A stretch of DNA of 64,000 bases from Candidatus Iainarchaeum sp. Its GTDB lineage: Archaea > Micrarchaeota > Micrarchaeia > Anstonellales > Bilamarchaeaceae. Location of the stretch: the NCBI GenBank assembly GCA_028686985.1, contig JAQUBA010000003.1, positions 16,267-80,266 on the forward strand, read 5' to 3'. Position numbers and translations under genes: made by a program. Positions 30,990 through 39,626 of the stretch are shown here, one piece after another; positions within the stretch are counted from its first letter, which is position 1, and each line of letters starts with the position of its first letter. The notes under the pieces were generated by a model. That model ran no database searches, had not been told where the DNA came from, and saw nothing but the letters and a program-made list of their open reading frames with translations.

Positions 30990-31388
30990 ATGTCAGTATC
31001 AACACAGGGAACAGGCAGGACGACCATAGCTATTGATTCGGGCAGGAAGCCGATACGCGAAAGCCCTCTCCTGGAGGGCTCAGGGCGGGCAAGGCTTTTG
31101 AGGGATTTGGTCTCCGGGGATGGCAGGGTGAGCAGCGATGCCGCGCGCACAATTAGGCACCGCGCCGCGAAAAAGGAGAACATTTCGGAGCTCTTCCAGG
31201 CAATCGGCCATGTGCTGGCCTCGGGGGACACCGAGACCGTAAGGAACCTCCTCTGGGCCGTCAAGTACGCAAAGGAGAACGGGGTGGACATATCCGCACT
31301 GGAACCCACCATATACGGGCTCCGCAGTTCGCAGGATGGGGTGACCAGCTCGATGGCGGGCTGGTTCGGGGGCGGGCCTTCCACCTGA
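30990..31388 (+). CDS. Hypothetical protein (132 aa), third gene of the 29730-31388 cluster
   Basis: ORF with normal composition, 13 nt after the preceding gene. No motif recognised. Confidence 0.5.
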   Translation: MSVSTQGTGRTTIAIDSGRKPIRESPLLEGSGRARLLRDLVSGDGRVSSDAARTIRHRAAKKENISELFQAIGHVLASGDTETVRNLLWAVKYAKENGVDISALEPTIYGLRSSQDGVTSSMAGWFGGGPST

Positions 31389-31435
31389 CAGGCCCGCCCC
31401 TTCTCTTTTTTATTCCTTTTCAATGAAATCCACGC

Positions 31436-32401
31436 ATGCTCCTGGAGCTCGCCATCCTGCTGGTTTCACTCGCTGCGCTCGCGTGGTCCGCAAACCTCGT
31501 GAGCGACAAGGCGGTCGTGCTCTCCGAATATTTCCACATATCCCAGATGGCGATAGGGTTCCTCCTCATCGCCGCATCCACATCCATACCCGAGCTTGCC
31601 GTCTCGGTCATGGCATCCATAACGGGCCAGGGCGCCATCTCCGCGGGAAACGTCTTCGGCTCCAACATCGCTGACATATTCCTGGTGATAGGGGCATGTG
31701 CGTTCTTCTATAAGATTGTGCTAAGGAGGGAGGACGCCATTGAAGTGGGCGGCGTGCTTCTTGTCACAAGTGTGATAACCCTTTATTTCATCTACTCCAC
31801 GTTTGTGCTCGGCTACCCGGTCATAGGTCGCCTTGAGGGGGCGGTGTTGCTGCTGGCTTTCGGAGCCTACATATATTACGTCCTGAAAAAGAAAAAATTC
31901 ACAAAGAACGGCGACAACGGCATCACCAAAAAAGACGCACTGAGGGCATTCGCCCTCTTTTTCGTGGGCGTCACCCTGGTGCTCATAAGCTCCGGGCTGG
32001 CGGTTGATTCAGCGGTGAAGCTGTCCGAGCTTGCCGGGATATCCCAGAGTTTCATCGGCGCCACAATACTCGCGGTGGGCACCTCCCTCCCAGAGCTGTC
32101 CGTGGAATTGGCTGCCGTGAAGAAGAAGCGCTATGCGCTGGCGATTGGCGATGCCATAGGCAGCACAATCACGAACATCACCCTGGTTCTGGGCGTGGCC
32201 TCCCTGCTGAATCCAATAACCATACTTGCACCAGCCTCCTTCCTCACCATCCTGCTATTCGCCATGCTTGCAAACATCATCTTTTTCTACATGACCCTCG
32301 CGGAGAGGAAAATCGGACGGGTGGAAGGGGCGCTGCTGCTGCTTTCGTATGTGGCATTCCTGGCGGTGCTGGTCGGTGCGGAAAAAATCAGTGTTCCATG
32401 A
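31436..32401 (+). CDS. Na+/Ca2+ exchanger family (CaCA, YrbG-like) membrane protein
   Basis: Two alpha-repeat signatures: GNVFGSNIADIFLVIG and GDAIGSTITNITLVLG. About 10 TM helices. Confidence 0.85.
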   Translation: MLLELAILLVSLAALAWSANLVSDKAVVLSEYFHISQMAIGFLLIAASTSIPELAVSVMASITGQGAISAGNVFGSNIADIFLVIGACAFFYKIVLRREDAIEVGGVLLVTSVITLYFIYSTFVLGYPVIGRLEGAVLLLAFGAYIYYVLKKKKFTKNGDNGITKKDALRAFALFFVGVTLVLISSGLAVDSAVKLSELAGISQSFIGATILAVGTSLPELSVELAAVKKKRYALAIGDAIGSTITNITLVLGVASLLNPITILAPASFLTILLFAMLANIIFFYMTLAERKIGRVEGALLLLSYVAFLAVLVGAEKISVP

Positions 32402-32468
32402 GCCGGCATGCGTGCCCCCATCGGAAGGTTTTAATTACTCACGGAAGTAGTTCATCCGGTGATTCCAA

Positions 32469-32852
32469 GTGGTCGAGAAAAAACTCAAGAGGAACATGGA
32501 CACCTTTATCGGTCCATGGGCATACATCGCGGGCATTATCATAACGCTGGTCGCGGGCTTCGCCTTCCCGTTCAACCCGGTGACGCCCTCGGGCGCGACT
32601 CTGACCGCGGTCGGGGTGCTCTCCGCGCTGGGGCTGGTCATAGGCCTGCTGAACGTGAGGGACATTGAGAAGACGAAGTTCCTCATCGGGGTGCTGACGC
32701 TCCTGATTGCCGGCTCGCAGATAACGCTGCTGACCTCCAACATAGCATACCTCGGCAACCAGATACAGAGCGCGGTCTTCTACCTGATGTCGCTGACGAT
32801 ACCTGCTGCAACGGTCGTCGCGATAAAGGTAATACACGAAGTGGCTTCCTAG
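32469..32852 (+). CDS. Small membrane protein (3-4 TM), unknown function
   Basis: GTG start in the track; an in-frame ATG at 32496 (MDTFIGPWAYIAG..) is an alternative start. Confidence 0.55.
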   Translation: MVEKKLKRNMDTFIGPWAYIAGIIITLVAGFAFPFNPVTPSGATLTAVGVLSALGLVIGLLNVRDIEKTKFLIGVLTLLIAGSQITLLTSNIAYLGNQIQSAVFYLMSLTIPAATVVAIKVIHEVAS

Positions 32853-32864
32853 ATTTTTTCTTTT

Positions 32865-33512
32865 ATGAAAATCGGAAGGATGCTCCTTCTTATGCAGCGG
32901 GAGTCCTCGCGCAGGGGGGCTCCCGTCCTTTCCGTTGAATCAGCCATAGGCAGGGGACCGTTCGCCATCCTGGTCTTCACAGTTCTCTCTGCGCGCACCC
33001 GCGACGAAACAACGATAAAAGCCGGAAGGCGGCTTCTTTCCAGGGCGCCCACGCCCCAAAAGCTCGCCCGCCTCCCACTCCCGCAAATCCAAAAGCTCAT
33101 CTACCCTGTCGGCTTCTACAAGACCAAGGCAAGGCACCTCCATTCCCTTTCCCTTGCCCTGCTCCGCGATTTCGGCGGAAAGGTGCCCTCCGCATTTGAA
33201 TCCCTCATCCCCCTCCCCGGCGTGGGCATGAAGACCGCGAACATAGTGCTCGCGTCCGCCTTCGGCAAGGATACGATAGGGGTGGATACCCACGTCCATA
33301 GGATAAGCAACCGCCTCGGCTGGGTGAAAGCCAAATCCCCGGAGAAAACCAGCGCAATCCTCAACAAAACAATTCCGGATAAGTTCAGAAGGAGGCTCAA
33401 CATGTCCATGGTGGCGTTCGGGCAGACCGTATGCACCCCACTGCGCCCCTTCTGTACGGAGTGCCCGCTCACAAAAGTATGCCCGAAGATAGGGGTAACC
33501 AGCCGCAGGTAG
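32865..33512 (+). CDS. nth: Endonuclease III (HhH-GPD DNA glycosylase/AP lyase with a 4Fe-4S cluster)
   Basis: HhH LPGVGMKTANIVL, catalytic region GVDTHVHRISNRLG, and cluster CTPLRPFCTECPLTKVC. Confidence 0.9.
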   Translation: MKIGRMLLLMQRESSRRGAPVLSVESAIGRGPFAILVFTVLSARTRDETTIKAGRRLLSRAPTPQKLARLPLPQIQKLIYPVGFYKTKARHLHSLSLALLRDFGGKVPSAFESLIPLPGVGMKTANIVLASAFGKDTIGVDTHVHRISNRLGWVKAKSPEKTSAILNKTIPDKFRRRLNMSMVAFGQTVCTPLRPFCTECPLTKVCPKIGVTSRR

Positions 33513-33527
33513 CCGCAGGCACCATCA

Positions 33528-34400
33528 CTATTCAATCAAAAAGCCAAAAGCCCCGTATTTCCCCAATTTATCCGCTATTTCCCCAGCCTTGCCCGCATCC
33601 GGGGCGAGGATGAGCACGCATCCCCCTCCGCCCGCGCCCGTAATCTTCGCGCCGAGCGCCCCGTTTTCCAGCGCAACGCCCCTTATATCATCTATAATTG
33701 GGGTGGAAAGCCCCAGCCGTGCCAGCAGCTCGTTATTCTCATCCATAAGCTTCCCCAGCGCCTTCGCATCCCCCCGCGCCAGCGCTTCAATTGCCTTGCC
33801 GATAAGCCACTCCTCCGCCTCCTCCAGGGCCCCGTACTCCGAAGGGTTCCCCGCCCTGATGGAGGAAACCTTCCCCACCAGCTCCTTCGTGGGCCCCTTC
33901 TTTCCCGAATTCGCAATCACGAAGTGGAATTTACCCCCCACCGCCAGGGGCTCCGGCTCCCTCCCCCTCTTGAACAGCATGACCCCGCCGTGCGCTGCCA
34001 GCGCATTGTCTATTCCCGAAGGGTTGCCGTGGAAGGCCCTTTCCCCCTCAAAGGCCGCCTTGGCCGCCTCCCTGTCGCCCAGCTCCCTGCCCGCAGCCGC
34101 CGCAGCCGCCCTCGCCAGCGCCACGCAATAGGAGGCGCTCCAGCCCATGCCCGCGCTGACGGGGAATTCGCTCGTAACAGACACCTTGAACCCCGTGCCG
34201 CCGGCCACTTTTTCCAGCACCCTGCGCGTCGCCTCCTTTAGCAAATCCCCGCATTCAAACGAAAAGGAGAGCGAAGGCGCCTTCTCCAGGGTTACGGTGG
34301 TTTTCCTGGGCATGCCTATCCCTATGCCCCTTGCCCCGTGCACCACAAAGTGCTCGCCTATGAGTATCGCCTTCCCATAACCCGTGCCCTCAAACCCCAT
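33528..34400 (-). CDS. mvk: Mevalonate kinase (GHMP family)
   Basis: GKAILIGEHFVVHG, PVSAGMGWSASYCVALARA (GHMP motif 2) and GAKITGAGGGGCVLIL (motif 3). Confidence 0.85.
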   Translation of the reverse strand: MGFEGTGYGKAILIGEHFVVHGARGIGIGMPRKTTVTLEKAPSLSFSFECGDLLKEATRRVLEKVAGGTGFKVSVTSEFPVSAGMGWSASYCVALARAAAAAAGRELGDREAAKAAFEGERAFHGNPSGIDNALAAHGGVMLFKRGREPEPLAVGGKFHFVIANSGKKGPTKELVGKVSSIRAGNPSEYGALEEAEEWLIGKAIEALARGDAKALGKLMDENNELLARLGLSTPIIDDIRGVALENGALGAKITGAGGGGCVLILAPDAGKAGEIADKLGKYGAFGFLIE

Positions 34401-34452
34401 GGGAAGAAGAAGCCACCAAAAGTTATTTAACCCTCAACTTTTTACCTTACCC

Positions 34453-35661
34453 ATGTCCAAAGCCATCATTCTCGTAATGGACGGCCTAGGTGACCTGCCC
34501 GACGCAAAGGGCTACACCCCTCTCTCGGCGGCACTGAAGCCAAACATGGATAGGCTCGCCGACGAAGGGGCAACGGGCCTCTTCTCGTCCATAGGCCCCG
34601 GCATAGTGCCCGGGAGCGACACCTCCCACCTGAACATATTCGGGTACGAGCAGGAGAAGTACTACCCCGGGAGGGGCCCCCTGGAGGCGATGGGCGCACG
34701 ATTCCCGTTGAAGGAAGGGGATATCGCATTCCGCGCCAATTTCGCCACCGTGGAGAACGGGAAGATATGGGACAGGCGCGCGGGAAGGATAAGCACCGAG
34801 GACGCGGCCGTTTTCGCAAAATACATCCAGAAGCTCAAGGTGGGCACCGGGATAGACGCCATATTCCAGCCCACGGTGGAGCACCGCGGGATACTCATAC
34901 TCAGGGGCAAGAACCTCAGCCCGAAAGTAACCCCCACGGACCCGCACGCATCCGGTCCGCTCCCGAAATCAATGCCCATTGACCCGAAGGACAAGGCGGC
35001 GAAGCGCACCGCCGAGGCGCTCAACAAATTCACCAAGATGGCCATGCAGAAGCTGGACAAGGCAAAGGAGAACAAGGACAAGCGCCGCCCGGTGAATGCC
35101 GTAATCGTGAGGGGCGCCGGCACCTATGCAAAAGTGGAGCAGATGTTCCCCCGCTACGGGGTGAGGGGCGCATGCATCGCCGGCGGGGCGCTCTACAAGG
35201 GTGTCGCCTCATACGTGGGCATGGACATCGTGGATGTGAAGGGCGCCACGGGCACCTTTGAGACGGACCTGAAGGCGAAGGGCAAGGCCGCCCTGCAGGC
35301 GCTCTGGTCCCACGATTTCGTCTTCGTGCACGTGAAGGCCACGGACTCATTCTCACATGACGGGAAGTTTGAGGAGAAGAAGAACTTCATCGCGAAGGTG
35401 GACAAGGAGCTCATGCCAACCCTCCTGCGCGGAAACTGCAACATAATCATAACCGGCGACCATTCCACGCCCGTGAAGAGGCGCGCCCATTCCGGCGACC
35501 CGTGCCCGCTGCTTATTTGGGGGCCGGACGTCCGCAGGGACGCAGTCAAGAAATATGACGAGTTCGCCTGCGGCGGCGGGAGCCTCGGAAACGTGAAGGG
35601 CACCGAACTCTTCCACATAATGCTCAATCTGGTTGAAAAGGCGAAGATGTGCGGAACGTAG
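34453..35661 (+). CDS. apgM: 2,3-bisphosphoglycerate-independent phosphoglycerate mutase, archaeal type
   Basis: MSKAIILVMDGLGD..., FVFVHVKATDSFSHDG and IIITGDHSTP. The start was moved from 34384, which would overlap mvk, to 34453. Confidence 0.85.
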   Translation: MSKAIILVMDGLGDLPDAKGYTPLSAALKPNMDRLADEGATGLFSSIGPGIVPGSDTSHLNIFGYEQEKYYPGRGPLEAMGARFPLKEGDIAFRANFATVENGKIWDRRAGRISTEDAAVFAKYIQKLKVGTGIDAIFQPTVEHRGILILRGKNLSPKVTPTDPHASGPLPKSMPIDPKDKAAKRTAEALNKFTKMAMQKLDKAKENKDKRRPVNAVIVRGAGTYAKVEQMFPRYGVRGACIAGGALYKGVASYVGMDIVDVKGATGTFETDLKAKGKAALQALWSHDFVFVHVKATDSFSHDGKFEEKKNFIAKVDKELMPTLLRGNCNIIITGDHSTPVKRRAHSGDPCPLLIWGPDVRRDAVKKYDEFACGGGSLGNVKGTELFHIMLNLVEKAKMCGT

Positions 35662-35726
35662 AATATGGAATAAATAAGGACAAACAAGAAATAGGATAAA
35701 AGAAAATAGAAAATAAAAAAGGAAAT
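35662..35726 (-). terminator. Extremely T-rich (on the minus strand) convergent intergenic region downstream of the pilin gene
   Basis: The reverse strand reads TTTCCTTTTTTTATTTTCTATTTTCTTTTATCC, i.e. multiple oligo-T archaeal termination signals. Confidence 0.5.
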
Positions 35727-36263
35727 TCAGGACGACTGCGCCGTCCTGGAGATAACGCTTGCCTTTATCTGGTGCAGGATGGTCTGGTCAATGTCGTTCT
35801 CGTAGCTGTACCAAACCACTATCTTGCCCCTGAACTCCTGGTTCGCCTGGCTGGACATCTGTTCACCGTATGTGTCCACACAGGGCACATTCGTCAGCGT
35901 CATGGAGGAGCCGGAGTTGAGCGTGCTGGGCGCGCCGTATTGCCCGGCAGAAATCCTGCCCGTTTCCGGAATCTCGTTCCCAGGGGCGTTCGTGCACATG
36001 AATTCCTTCACCCTTATGTTCTGGCCCGCCTGGTTCCATACCTTCACGTTTATCATCAGGTCCCCGTTTGAGTTCACGAACAGCTGTGGCGGCGGCTCGT
36101 TGCACGTGAAGCCCGCCTGCTCAAACAGGCACACCTCCGGCGCCCTGAACGGGTTCAGGAAGATGAGCGCCGCAATAACGAGAACTATCGCGAGAATCGC
36201 CCAGCCGTAGGTCATCAGGTATTCCATGGCCGCTTGGCCCTTCAGGTTCATCATCTCATACAC
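35727..36263 (-). CDS. Archaeal type IV pilin-like protein with a class III signal peptide
   Basis: MNLKGQAAMEYLMTYGWAILAIVLVIAALIFL matches the prepilin-peptidase motif (K-G/Q..E + hydrophobic helix) seen in Epd-type pilins. Confidence 0.75.
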   Translation of the reverse strand: MYEMMNLKGQAAMEYLMTYGWAILAIVLVIAALIFLNPFRAPEVCLFEQAGFTCNEPPPQLFVNSNGDLMINVKVWNQAGQNIRVKEFMCTNAPGNEIPETGRISAGQYGAPSTLNSGSSMTLTNVPCVDTYGEQMSSQANQEFRGKIVVWYSYENDIDQTILHQIKASVISRTAQSS

Positions 36264-36279
36264 CTCATTAACATCATCT

Positions 36280-37332
36280 TCACAGCATGCTTGCGAATAT
36301 TGACTGCAGGAACGAAGACACCACGAAGTACACCACGTACGCCACCACGAGCATGAACGGGAAGAACTTCAGCCCCTGCGTCTTTGAGCCGCTTTGTATG
36401 GCCCCCAGCAGCAGCGACGATATCAGGCAGGTGACGAATATGGTCGCAACGCTGAACCACTGGAACTCGTCCGCAGTTATTATGGGCGCGGACGGTTGCA
36501 CGAATGTCATCTGCGTCACCTGGCTCCCCAGCCCCCCTGCCGGCAGGTATGAGAAGGCAATCGCCAGCACCTCTATGAGCCTGCTCGCGACCGAGAACAG
36601 GAATGGCGTCCCGAACACGGATGCGAACACAAGGAATATCACATAGACCAGCAGCGTGGATGCGATGTCCTTCTTCTGTATGGAGACCTCCCTCGCGTCC
36701 TCGGAGGTTATCTCCAGTATCTCCGCGACCTCCCCTCCCGTTGCCATCGCCTGCTTCACCAGCAGGATGGTCCTTTCCAGGACCTTGGAGTTGAACCTCA
36801 TGGAAAGGCGGTCCAGCGCCTTCTCAAACGGCTCGCCGCTGAACGAGCTTTTGATTACATTCTTCACCTCTATTGAGAGTATGCCGAACTCCGGCTTCGC
36901 CGCATACCACATCGCCTGGTCCACGGTCATCCCGGAGCGCACGTTCGCGGATATGAGGGAAAGGAAATCGGGGAGCGCCGCCTCCACCGCGGCCTTCCGC
37001 GCCTCGCCCTGCAGCTGCAGGAACACCCACGCGAGCATCCATACGGCGAATGTCACCACCCCGACCGCAACGATGAAAGTCAGCGCCACTATTGCGAAAT
37101 CCGGCAGGTAGGACCCCGGCAGCACGGCGAGCAGGAAATTCTGCAGCACCGAATAGTTCAGCATCACCAGGAACGCGGCTATGGCTACGAGGGCCGTGAT
37201 GAGTATGAGGAAGCCGGCGAACGCCTCGGCGGAGTGGCCATAGCCCGCCCCGCGCAGCATCCGCTCTATCCCCCTTATGTGCTCCCTTGAAAGGAGCCTC
37301 CCAACCGCCTCATAAAAGGTGTTCAGCATCAT
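36280..37332 (-). CDS. Type IV pilus platform membrane protein, T2SF domain (TadC/EpdK-like)
   Basis: T2SF-type core ALPDFLSLISANVRSGMTVDQAMWYAA...ALDRLSMRF...ATGGEVAEILE flanked by TM helices. Confidence 0.75.
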   Translation of the reverse strand: MMLNTFYEAVGRLLSREHIRGIERMLRGAGYGHSAEAFAGFLILITALVAIAAFLVMLNYSVLQNFLLAVLPGSYLPDFAIVALTFIVAVGVVTFAVWMLAWVFLQLQGEARKAAVEAALPDFLSLISANVRSGMTVDQAMWYAAKPEFGILSIEVKNVIKSSFSGEPFEKALDRLSMRFNSKVLERTILLVKQAMATGGEVAEILEITSEDAREVSIQKKDIASTLLVYVIFLVFASVFGTPFLFSVASRLIEVLAIAFSYLPAGGLGSQVTQMTFVQPSAPIITADEFQWFSVATIFVTCLISSLLLGAIQSGSKTQGLKFFPFMLVVAYVVYFVVSSFLQSIFASML

Positions 37333-37338
37333 AATCCC

Positions 37339-38226
37339 TCATATCACATACTTCGGCCTGGAGCTCTCCACCATCGCCAGGAACAGGAACTGGATGATGG
37401 CAATCATTACGAACACCAGCAGCAATATAGACGCGTCTATCCCGAACCTAGTGGAGCCGATCAGCGAGAGCAGTATGACCGCGAAAGCCAGCCCCAGCGA
37501 CGGGAATATTATCCCGAAAATCATGTAGAACATCACGAGCGGGTTTAGCTTCTGGCCGTACGCCTTGAGCGCAATCACCTGCTCCCTGAAGACCTGGTTC
37601 AGCACCACTTCCAGCGAATCCGCGACGTCCGAGCCGGAGTTTATCGCGTTCGCTATCTGCAGCATTATCCTGTTGTAGTCGTTGGACGGGCAGTTCTGTA
37701 TGACCTCCCTTATCGCCTGCGTCATTGACATGCCCAGCGTCACCTTCTCCACTATCCTGTTGAACTCCTCGCTCACCGCCCCGTACCCCCTGGAGACGCC
37801 CACGAGCGAGTCAAAGAGCGGCATCCCGGACTTGAGCGCAATCAGGAGATGCCTTCCGGCAAACACGAGCTCATAGTCTATGTCCCTCTTCCTCTTCGTA
37901 ATCTTAACATCCGGGTAAAGCATGAAGTACTGGTAGCACATGAACAGGTACAGCAGGGAAAGCGGCACGAGCCATACCACATCCATGTCTATGGAACTCA
38001 GGAAAAGGAAGCTTAGTATGGAAAGTGTGGCCGCGCCCAGCAGCGCGGACACGACCACGCCGTCAAGGAACTCCTCCGGGTTCTTTTCAATTCCCGCCAT
38101 CGTAAGCTTCTTCCTCATGTTCGGGTAGTAAGGCATCAGCCATTCTGAAAGCACTCTGAACGGCCTGGTGCCCCTTCCCCTCTCCCTGACCGGGAGCGCA
38201 ACCGGGGTAACCTTTGTTTTTTCCAT
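37339..38226 (-). CDS. Type IV pilus platform membrane protein, T2SF domain (TadB/EpdJ-like)
   Basis: FAGRHLLIALKSGMPLFDSLVGVS...AIREVIQNCPS...INSGSDVADSLEVV flanked by TM helices. Confidence 0.75.
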   Translation of the reverse strand: MEKTKVTPVALPVRERGRGTRPFRVLSEWLMPYYPNMRKKLTMAGIEKNPEEFLDGVVVSALLGAATLSILSFLFLSSIDMDVVWLVPLSLLYLFMCYQYFMLYPDVKITKRKRDIDYELVFAGRHLLIALKSGMPLFDSLVGVSRGYGAVSEEFNRIVEKVTLGMSMTQAIREVIQNCPSNDYNRIMLQIANAINSGSDVADSLEVVLNQVFREQVIALKAYGQKLNPLVMFYMIFGIIFPSLGLAFAVILLSLIGSTRFGIDASILLLVFVMIAIIQFLFLAMVESSRPKYVI

Positions 38227-38237
38227 CAGCTCACCAT

Positions 38238-39623
38238 CTATGTCTCAGTTCCGCCCTTATTTATGCCTTTCCGCTCCTTGATGCGCCTCGCCTCGGCGAG
38301 CGCCTCAGCCCTCGCCATCTCCCCCCGTGAATATTTTCCATACTCCAGCGGCGCCTCCTCCTGCAGGTATGCGAGGAGGTCCTCCTCGGTTTCCCCGCGG
38401 TCCGCCGTTCCGCCGGCTTCCGCCTTTCTCTTCCCCACCTCCGCGTCTATCTCCCTCCAGGTGGAATTCTTCAGCTCAAGGAACTCCGCGGAGTAAGTGT
38501 CCGCCACCTTGTCGCTCATCCCAGCCGCCCCCTCCAGCTTGCCCTTCTCCGCAAGCTGCTCAAACTCCGAGGTGTGCTTGCCCACAAGGTATCTTTCGTA
38601 GCCGGCCGCGAGCCCCGCGACCTGCTCCCTGAGCTGGGATGCGCGCGATTCAAACGCCGGCAGCGCCTCCGCGGCCCTGCCCAGCGCGGCCTCCTCGTCA
38701 AAATATTTCAGCAGCGGCGCGAGCGCCCTTTCATACGCCTCGCTGACCGCCTTCTTCGCGGATGACAATTCATATTCCTGGTCGTTCCTCACGACACTGA
38801 GCACGTCCGCCTTTGGCTTCGTCCTGTCCCCGGTCTCGGAAAGTATCGTCTTTAGCGCGACTATTTCCTTCTTTATCTCCTCCCTCCTGTCCGTGGATTT
38901 CTCCCTGAACAGCTCGCGCGTGAGCTCCAGCATCCTCTTCTTCACTTCCTCCTTGTCCAGCTTCTTGCCCGCCTTTACCTCGCTGCCGAACTGCTTCTCT
39001 ATCCGCTCTATGGTCTCGGCTGCGCTGTCCGCGGGCGAGCCCGCGAGCACCGGCGGAATCCGTATCGCAATCTCCGGCGCAGCAGAGGGCTTCAGCGCGG
39101 GCTTCGCCACCGGTTCAGCAGGCGCCTCCATCCTCCCCGCCTCCCCGGCCCACCTATCCTCCACCTTCGCGCGTTTTTCTTCCTCAAATTCCAGCGCGCC
39201 CTTCCCCGCCTCCTCAAATTCTATTTCCGGCACGCCCGCGATGGGCGCCTCCACCCTTATTTCCGGCGGCTTGGGCGGCATCGCCCTCGGGGCGGGAACA
39301 GGCATCTCCGCCTCCTTCTTCATGGGGACCATCGCCTCCATGACCGCGCTCACCTTCTTCGCCTCAGCCGGCTTCATGGCTGGCGCGGGGGGCGGCGCCT
39401 TTGCCTCCACGCCGTACAATTTCATCAGCATCTCCGTGCCCGCGATGGCCTTCTCCACGCGCCCGTTCAGCGCGAGCGCTTCAGGGTAGCCCATCTCCGA
39501 AAATTCGGGCGGCGAGAACTCTATCCTTCTCTTGACCGGGCCTTTCTCCTCCTCCGGCATCTTGTAGTCCAGTGCATTCGCCTCCACCGCGCGGACGAGC
39601 CCCGCTGCCTCCTCAAATTCCAT
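38238..39623 (-). CDS. Uncharacterised cytoplasmic Ala/Glu/Pro/Lys-rich protein encoded between the pilus ATPase and platform genes
   Basis: 461 aa with no TM. The N-terminal half is low-complexity (PPPAPAMKPAEAKK.., PVPAPRAMPPKPPE) and the C-terminal half is helical. Gaps to neighbours are 3 nt and 11 nt. Confidence 0.6.
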   Translation of the reverse strand: MEFEEAAGLVRAVEANALDYKMPEEEKGPVKRRIEFSPPEFSEMGYPEALALNGRVEKAIAGTEMLMKLYGVEAKAPPPAPAMKPAEAKKVSAVMEAMVPMKKEAEMPVPAPRAMPPKPPEIRVEAPIAGVPEIEFEEAGKGALEFEEEKRAKVEDRWAGEAGRMEAPAEPVAKPALKPSAAPEIAIRIPPVLAGSPADSAAETIERIEKQFGSEVKAGKKLDKEEVKKRMLELTRELFREKSTDRREEIKKEIVALKTILSETGDRTKPKADVLSVVRNDQEYELSSAKKAVSEAYERALAPLLKYFDEEAALGRAAEALPAFESRASQLREQVAGLAAGYERYLVGKHTSEFEQLAEKGKLEGAAGMSDKVADTYSAEFLELKNSTWREIDAEVGKRKAEAGGTADRGETEEDLLAYLQEEAPLEYGKYSRGEMARAEALAEARRIKERKGINKGGTET

Positions 39624-39626
39624 CTA

